From: Tubiluchus corallicola
Taxonomy: Eukaryota; Animalia; Priapulida
Direction: 5' to 3'
Assembly (NCBI GenBank): GCA_030141605.1
Contig: JAQGDQ010000398.1
Span: 1 to 64,000, forward strand
DNA length: 64,000 nt
The translations under genes were made by a program, and so were the position numbers. The first letter of the stretch is position 1, and each line of letters starts with the position of its first letter. The notes under the pieces were generated by a model that was not told the origin of the DNA, did no database searches, and saw only the letters and a list, made by a program, of their open reading frames with translations. Below are positions 58,201-64,000 of the stretch, piece after piece.

Positions 58201-61200
58201 CAATTCTTAACTGCATAAGATTTGAATTGCTGAATTTATAAACTCAAATATTAAGTCCTGCTTGATATTTTTTATTTTTATTTAAATTTATTGGCAATTA
58301 TTAAAATTACGAAATAAAATCGGGTAAAAAAATAATAAAAATGCAGACGACAATGTCTGTACACTAATAATACATGATAATTGTCCACATCATGTACACT
58401 CTACTATCCATTACTCTTTTCCATCACTTACAGAAAAGCAATCTTTAATGAACAGGCACAATGCATTAATGTCAGCATCAAACAACTGCCTTATAGATGA
58501 AAATACTGAGTTATGATCAGTGCTATATTTTGTTCTAACAAACGGTGTAAATGGACAATGACAATAAACATGCTCTTCGCTTTGAACACTTACTTTTCAC
58601 ATGGGCAACCTCTCCCTAGGGATACAAGCCCACCCACCGATATATGAATTTGAGAATCAAAATATCCGAACCTGATTAAAGTGTGCTGCATACTGTCGGT
58701 AGAATTTGATGGCTTTTAAAATCTTTTGTTGCTTAATTACCAAAGCCTACTAACATTACATGACTATATGAATACGTAATTTATTCATTGCAAAGAGAGG
58801 ATTTTACAGTGACACAGTAAACATAAACACAGAGAGTCTAAAGCAATAAAATGTATAGCTTGTCCATACCTTGGATGAAGGTTTTTGAGATGAATGACTA
58901 GATCCTTCAAGATCATGCAAATGGCCACCTGAAATAGATAAGCTAAATAGGTTTAGGTAATAAAGCAACAAAAAAGATTAGGTAATAGAACAAAAAAACG
59001 AGAATTTTAAACCACCAAATTCTACCAATACAGTGCAGCACATACTTAATTCTGGTTTGGAGATTTTGAATCTATTTGTTTAATAGAAAAAAATTTATAT
59101 TTGGAATTTAAGCATGCTTCTCCAGCTTAAACAGTGTATTTCTGGTGTTAAAAACTGCTTTATAGTGTTTAATGTAAAGCAGCATCAAAACTGCACTGTT
59201 CGAGCGCGAGAAACATACTTCTACATAGATTTATATTTATATCGTTATAAACAATGAAAAGTAACAATTAAACAATGATTTAAAACAAAGTACATTTGAA
59301 AAACCAACTTTAGCTCACTTAATGTTAATCCTGACTAATATGCAGTTTGTTAACTACATATCAGAATTTTGCAGTAACATTGCAAAATGCCAAATGAAAA
59401 AATTATATTTAAAATTCCACATGACAGTTAACTTTTAGGTACAAGGTCATGAGAACACCTCAGTATTCATGCTCAGTGTTTTCTGGTCAGGGCACCAGAC
59501 AACTGCTCTTGGTAACTTAGATTTACTATCATTCAAGCTTAATACAGTTTCTCACAGTGCAGACATTTCTTTTCACACAATCAAACATTCCATACTGAAT
59601 CATCTATCTTACAAGAAGTTTTACAACAAACAGAGCAAAATGTTTAAAGACAAACAGCATGATTTTACATATCCTACCCTATTCTGAAGCACGGTAAAAA
59701 TATACACTTTAACACCTATAAAAACACCAAATTGTTCTTGATAATTAATTAATAGCTTAAAACTTTAATTAACGGCTGGCGAGAGTAGCAAGCGATGATG
59801 TCAGAACTGAACATGATTTCTGAAATACAGCAAACATTCCACAAACGTGTTGCACACGTTTGCAAAAGCGAATTGAATTACAGTGCTACTGTACAGGACT
59901 GACTAGGATTTAAGTTGTAAATTTAAATTCCAAGCTTACTGCTGCACCAGCAGTGATTTGGCCACAAGTGTATACTATGTCAGAACTGAACTGAGATGCA
60001 CAAAGCTTGTTTTTGTGCACCGCATTTACAAGATGCAAGTGTCGCTGTCCATCTAACTAGCAAATGGCTAAATGCATCTAACAACGAAAAAGTAATGGCA
60101 CGAACGTGTAATTAAACTTCCGTGATAATAATTCTTTCAGGTAAGTCATTCTTCAAAAAACAATATTCTGCCTTTGAAAATTTTATACTTTAGATCATTA
60201 TCAGCTATGGTTTAACATTGGATCTGGTTTTCCTTTAATGTGAACAGTCATACCGACGAGTTTTTTCAATTTCTTTCGTTTCATGTACGACACGTAGGCA
60301 TCAGAGTGAAGATAATCTGTCATTTCTTTCTGAAAACGCTCCCTGTCTTTAACTGCTTCTTCTGTGTATTTCTATGAATAAACAAACAAACAATAATGCT
60401 CGATTCAAAGGAAATTTTAAATTTTACTCTTTAGTACACATCTACCAATGACCACATAAAATCAAAAGAACGATTGTATCACGAAAATTAAGCATACCTC
60501 TTTCTCTAATGAGCTTAAAGTAGACCATTCCTTAGCGAAATTTGCGGAATCCTTTAGCAGAGATTTTTTTACAGAAGTTTCCACATTCAGTCTTAAAATC
60601 TCGGCGCGGCGCTTTTGAACGAACAAAGTGTAACTGCAGAGCAAAAAAATCTTTGTTATATTCTCATTATGATAGAATTAAAAATAAGAATGACAACAAA
60701 TTCACAGGAAAATAATTATCTACTTAGCTTACGATGAATGTGGGACTTTTGGTGTTAAAGGTTCAATATCTACTTTACGCTTCTTTCCCTTTGGCCATCC
60801 ACCTTTGTGCTGTCTCTGAAAAAGCAAAAAAAACACTTAAATGGATTTTTATCAATTACATCAGCTGTTACTAGAGCAATAATCTGCCAATCAGGTCTAC
60901 AAAGTAAATAAATATTTCATAATTTTGTAACAATATGTTAAAAGTACTGCTATAACCAATATAAGAATTGTAAGTCACGATCCTAAAGATAAAAAATGCT
61001 GACACTAATGTCTTATACTTCAAGAAAATATAATGTCAATGACTTATGATATGTAATTAGCAGAATAAAAATGTTTCGAAAAATTATTTATGGTAACATC
61101 AAAGCTAAATAAGGACAACCTAGTAACTCAACTCATCATTGTGCACAAAAAAAGTATCGTACTAAGAATAATAATAACACAGATGAAAATTTAAAAGAAG

Positions 61201-62072
61201 AGATAAAAGTTGTTTAATATTTTTTATTTACCAGTTGCTAAAATACCACAAATAAAAAGAACCAATGTCACTCGTAAAGTAAAACCATGTAAAACACTTT
61301 GCTTACAAAGCCACTTTTTTGTTTTCATTTAACATAAATGAAAAATGGGTAATTGCTATCAATTCCAACAAATGCTCCTACAGTTCAAATCCTAAAAATA
61401 TTTACATTGTAGAAATGTCAAACTCTTTCAAAGGGAACCACCGTAAATAAATAATAACAAATTAGTTTTTAATCACGCAATTTTCTGCTTTTACAGAAGA
61501 ACCAAATTTGTCTACCTGTTTTGGCTGAGATGCTGAAAAGTCTGGAGCATTGCCACTTAGGACAATCACAAAATTTGATTCTTTTTCACCTTTTAAAATA
61601 CAGTTGCTTCTCTCAGAACTACCAAGATTTTTGTTGTGAACCAACATGTCATCTAGAGGATGAAAAAGAAAATCGGACATGATAAAAGTCATCAAGTGCA
61701 GAATTTCTGATGCAATATGCTTTCAGAAGTCTTTCGTTTTACATGACTAAACTTGAGTATAAAGAAAACTCAAAATAAAAACTAAAAAATAAAGCTGACA
61801 AATGACTCTACTAAGGCTCCTGCTACTGAAAAGTGTAATAAAGAGTTCCTACCTGTTAGAAAAGGCGACATCAATGTCATAGTATCACCACTAGTAGAAA
61901 CGTCCTGGCTTACATGATGTAAAGAATCAAGGTCATCGCTAGCATCCAAAGAAACAGGGTCTTGTCTATCTGGTACATCATATTCTTCTGTCAATACCAT
62001 CACTAAGGTGAGGACACAGACAATAAACACACGTTTATTTCTCTTTCAATAACGTTTCTCCTTTTTGTGCAT
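55300..62072 (-). CDS. HMG20/BRAF35-like HMG-box protein with U1/matrin-type zinc finger and C-terminal coiled coil (5' end outside window)
   Basis: Phase-consistent exons: 61853-62072 (may contain a mini-intron), 61516-61652, 60733-60815 (KGGWPKGKKRK..PKVPHS), 60498-60633 (YTLFVQKRRAEI..AKEWSTLSSLEKE), 60254-60371 (KYTEEAVKDRERFQKEMTDY), 58870-58928, 57430-57535 (YCAVCDVKFSSKHHKECHLMGRIH), 56978-57124, 56349-56440, 55300-55419 (..LRMVPMLFGMITL*). GWPKGKKRK before the HMG box is HMG20-like. Confidence 0.85.
55822..56254. repeat. 31-bp minisatellite (GCTATTATTAGTGCAAGCTAGCATAAAATAA)n, ~13 copies
   Basis: Highly similar tandem copies in the last intron of the HMG20-like gene. Confidence 0.95.
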
Positions 62073-62361
62073 CTACAAATAAACCACATGCACTATTCAT
62101 AGGGTTAGAGCATAATAGCCTAACAGCAATCTTAAAATATCTTTCAAAATGTCTAATAGAGGTGGCGCTGCATACGAAAATGGCGCCGGTTTATAAAATT
62201 TAAGTTGGGAAATATTTTCGATTATATTACCGAAAAATTTGTAATATAACGTATTTTAAACCGATTTTTTGCCTGTAATCATCGATCGAGTGAATCCAAT
62301 AGGCTATAGTGCCTAAAGCAAAGAAGAAATCTAAGCAATAGCTTCTGCAGAGAGCTTTCTA

Positions 62362-63153
62362 GTGGGTGCCACCACGCCCAAGTCTAAGTTGACGCCAACA
62401 AAGACAGATGTGAGTTCTGATGATGACACAGATTCTGAACACGATGATGGCAATATCGGATCTTCTTTCCATGAAATTCGGGATAGTAACAACATAATGG
62501 ACGAATTGGTGAAGCTGAGACGAGATTTTACCAAGCAGTTGAAAACCATCTCGACTGACCTGAGTTCCATCACGGAAAGTCAAAATTTTCTATCGAAGAA
62601 GTACGATGAGCTAAATGACAAATACGCAGATATTGTCAAGCAGCTAAAAAAGAGTGAACAGACAAACGTTATCCTGAGAAAGGCTGCAAATGACCTCGAG
62701 ACAAAACTAGTGGAAAAAGAATCTGAGATTGATGCTCTAGAACAGTATATGAGAAGAGATAATCTACTAATAGCTGGAATACCAGTCTTACCAGATGAAA
62801 ACACCACAGAATTGGTTATCCATAGCATTACACATAGGATTCCAACCCAAAAAGGAACTCCCCCTATTATTGTCAAGTTCACGAGACATATCACAAGAGA
62901 CTTGGTGTACAAGGGGAGAACAAATACCCCCACACTAAAGGATCTAGGATACAATGGAAACGGCAAAGTTTATGTCAATGAACACTTAACAAAGAACAGG
63001 AAAATATTATTCAACAAATGCCTAGAAGCGAAACGAAATAATAATTTCAAGTTCTTATGGACAAACCAAGGACAAATTTACATAAGAAAAGCGGAAAACA
63101 CAAAAGCTGTGAGAGTGAATTCTGAAAGGATTATATTGATGTGTAATCAGTGA
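62362..63153 (+). CDS. LINE ORF1p (coiled coil + RRM-like + C-terminal domain), damaged at the N-terminus
   Basis: LEQYMRRDNLLIAGIP, PPIIVKF, VYVNEHLT..RKILF, FKFLWTNQGQIYIRK. Upstream GTG-PKAKKKSKQ is cut by a stop. Confidence 0.85.
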   Translation: MGATTPKSKLTPTKTDVSSDDDTDSEHDDGNIGSSFHEIRDSNNIMDELVKLRRDFTKQLKTISTDLSSITESQNFLSKKYDELNDKYADIVKQLKKSEQTNVILRKAANDLETKLVEKESEIDALEQYMRRDNLLIAGIPVLPDENTTELVIHSITHRIPTQKGTPPIIVKFTRHITRDLVYKGRTNTPTLKDLGYNGNGKVYVNEHLTKNRKILFNKCLEAKRNNNFKFLWTNQGQIYIRKAENTKAVRVNSERIILMCNQ

Positions 63154-63298
63154 TAACCTAGCCAAGAAAATTTCTGTAATATCATAATATAGGTACGTGT
63201 TCTTATAAATCTATTATATTTTTGTATTATAGCTTTGACTATTGTATTTTTTATTTATCTCCTTAATTGCTCAACTTCATACTCAAATATTGCTATTA

Positions 63299-64000
63299 AT
63301 GATCCGTTTTCCTTGTTCTGTCTGCACTAAACAATGTAAATCAAACCAGTATTGTATACTGTATAATTGCTGCAATCTTTGGTCACATTATAAGTGTTCT
63401 TGTTTGACTATGGAACAATTTTTACAACTAGGTTCTAGCAATGACCCCTATTACTGTATTTCATGTATAAAGTCTATTTTCCCTTTCCAGAGCTGTGAAG
63501 ATGACGAAATTGATGATTTGTTTTCTGTGACTTCTCCTTTAACTAACTCTCTGTCACTGTCTTGTCTGTCTGAGTGCTCTTCGCTATCAACTAACAGGTG
63601 GGATCCAAATGACCCAGATAATTATGGGAACAACTACGATAGTAAGTATGTTAATCTAAATACTCTCAAATCAACTTCTAATTATAACAAAAATACTTCT
63701 GATTTACTAATAGTTCACTTTAATGTAAGTAGCTTGCAAAAACATTTTGGTAACATGACTGACATCCTCAGTACTTTCCCTCAACCGCCCGAAATCATCG
63801 TCGTCTCTGAGACTAGGTTGAAAGATAATTCATCATTTATGTGCAACTTGAAAAACTACGTTTTTCTGAGTATTAACTCAAAATCCAATGCTGGTGGTAT
63901 CGGTGTCTATATTAGAGATAATTTAAACTACTTTATAAATAATTCATATAAAATAGTGACGGAAAAAGAAACAACCAAAATAAACAGGGAGGGCAAAGTA
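63299..64000 (+). CDS. LINE ORF2 N-terminus: PHD finger + apurinic endonuclease (open to window end)
   Basis: MIRFPCSVCTKQC..CCNLWSHYKC..YYCISC (PHD), then LIVHFNVSSLQKHF..IIVVSETRL..AGGIGVYIR (APE). No stop before 64000, so it is absent from the ORF track. Confidence 0.88.
   Translation, partial: MIRFPCSVCTKQCKSNQYCILYNCCNLWSHYKCSCLTMEQFLQLGSSNDPYYCISCIKSIFPFQSCEDDEIDDLFSVTSPLTNSLSLSCLSECSSLSTNRWDPNDPDNYGNNYDSKYVNLNTLKSTSNYNKNTSDLLIVHFNVSSLQKHFGNMTDILSTFPQPPEIIVVSETRLKDNSSFMCNLKNYVFLSINSKSNAGGIGVYIRDNLNYFINNSYKIVTEKETTKINREGKV

Larger units (their letters stand above)
62150..64000 (+). mobile_element. CR1-group LINE, 5' portion (5' UTR, ORF1, start of ORF2), antisense in an intron of the HMG20-like gene
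   Basis: ORF1 followed by an ORF2 with PHD and APE endonuclease; 5' boundary approximate. Confidence 0.88.

Overview
AT-rich animal (probably invertebrate) genomic DNA with spliced genes and many repeats; no prokaryotic features. I rebuilt six protein-coding loci by hand from splice sites and exon phase. (1) A secreted short pentraxin (-, 7 exons, frameshift in exon 3). (2) A secreted protein with two DM13 domains (Skeletor-like, +, 8 exons). (3) A GAL3ST-family sulfotransferase (-). (4) An intronless FADS6-like desaturase (-). (5) A SAXO/FAM154 ciliary microtubule protein (-, about 12 exons). (6) An HMG20-like HMG-box protein with an extra U1/matrin zinc finger (-, 5' end outside the window). 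Mobile DNA includes a head-to-tail array of non-autonomous Helitrons at 1-3784 with signs of 3'-end bypass, a dispersed repeat family sharing a motif with those Helitrons, Tc1/pogo, hAT and other MITEs, a decayed Gypsy-like integrase, many CR1/L2 LINE 3' fragments, the 5' part of a CR1-type LINE at the window end, and Penelope/hammerhead-like remnants. Exon boundaries were read by eye and may be off by a few bases. Most short ORFs in the supplied track are repeat artefacts.
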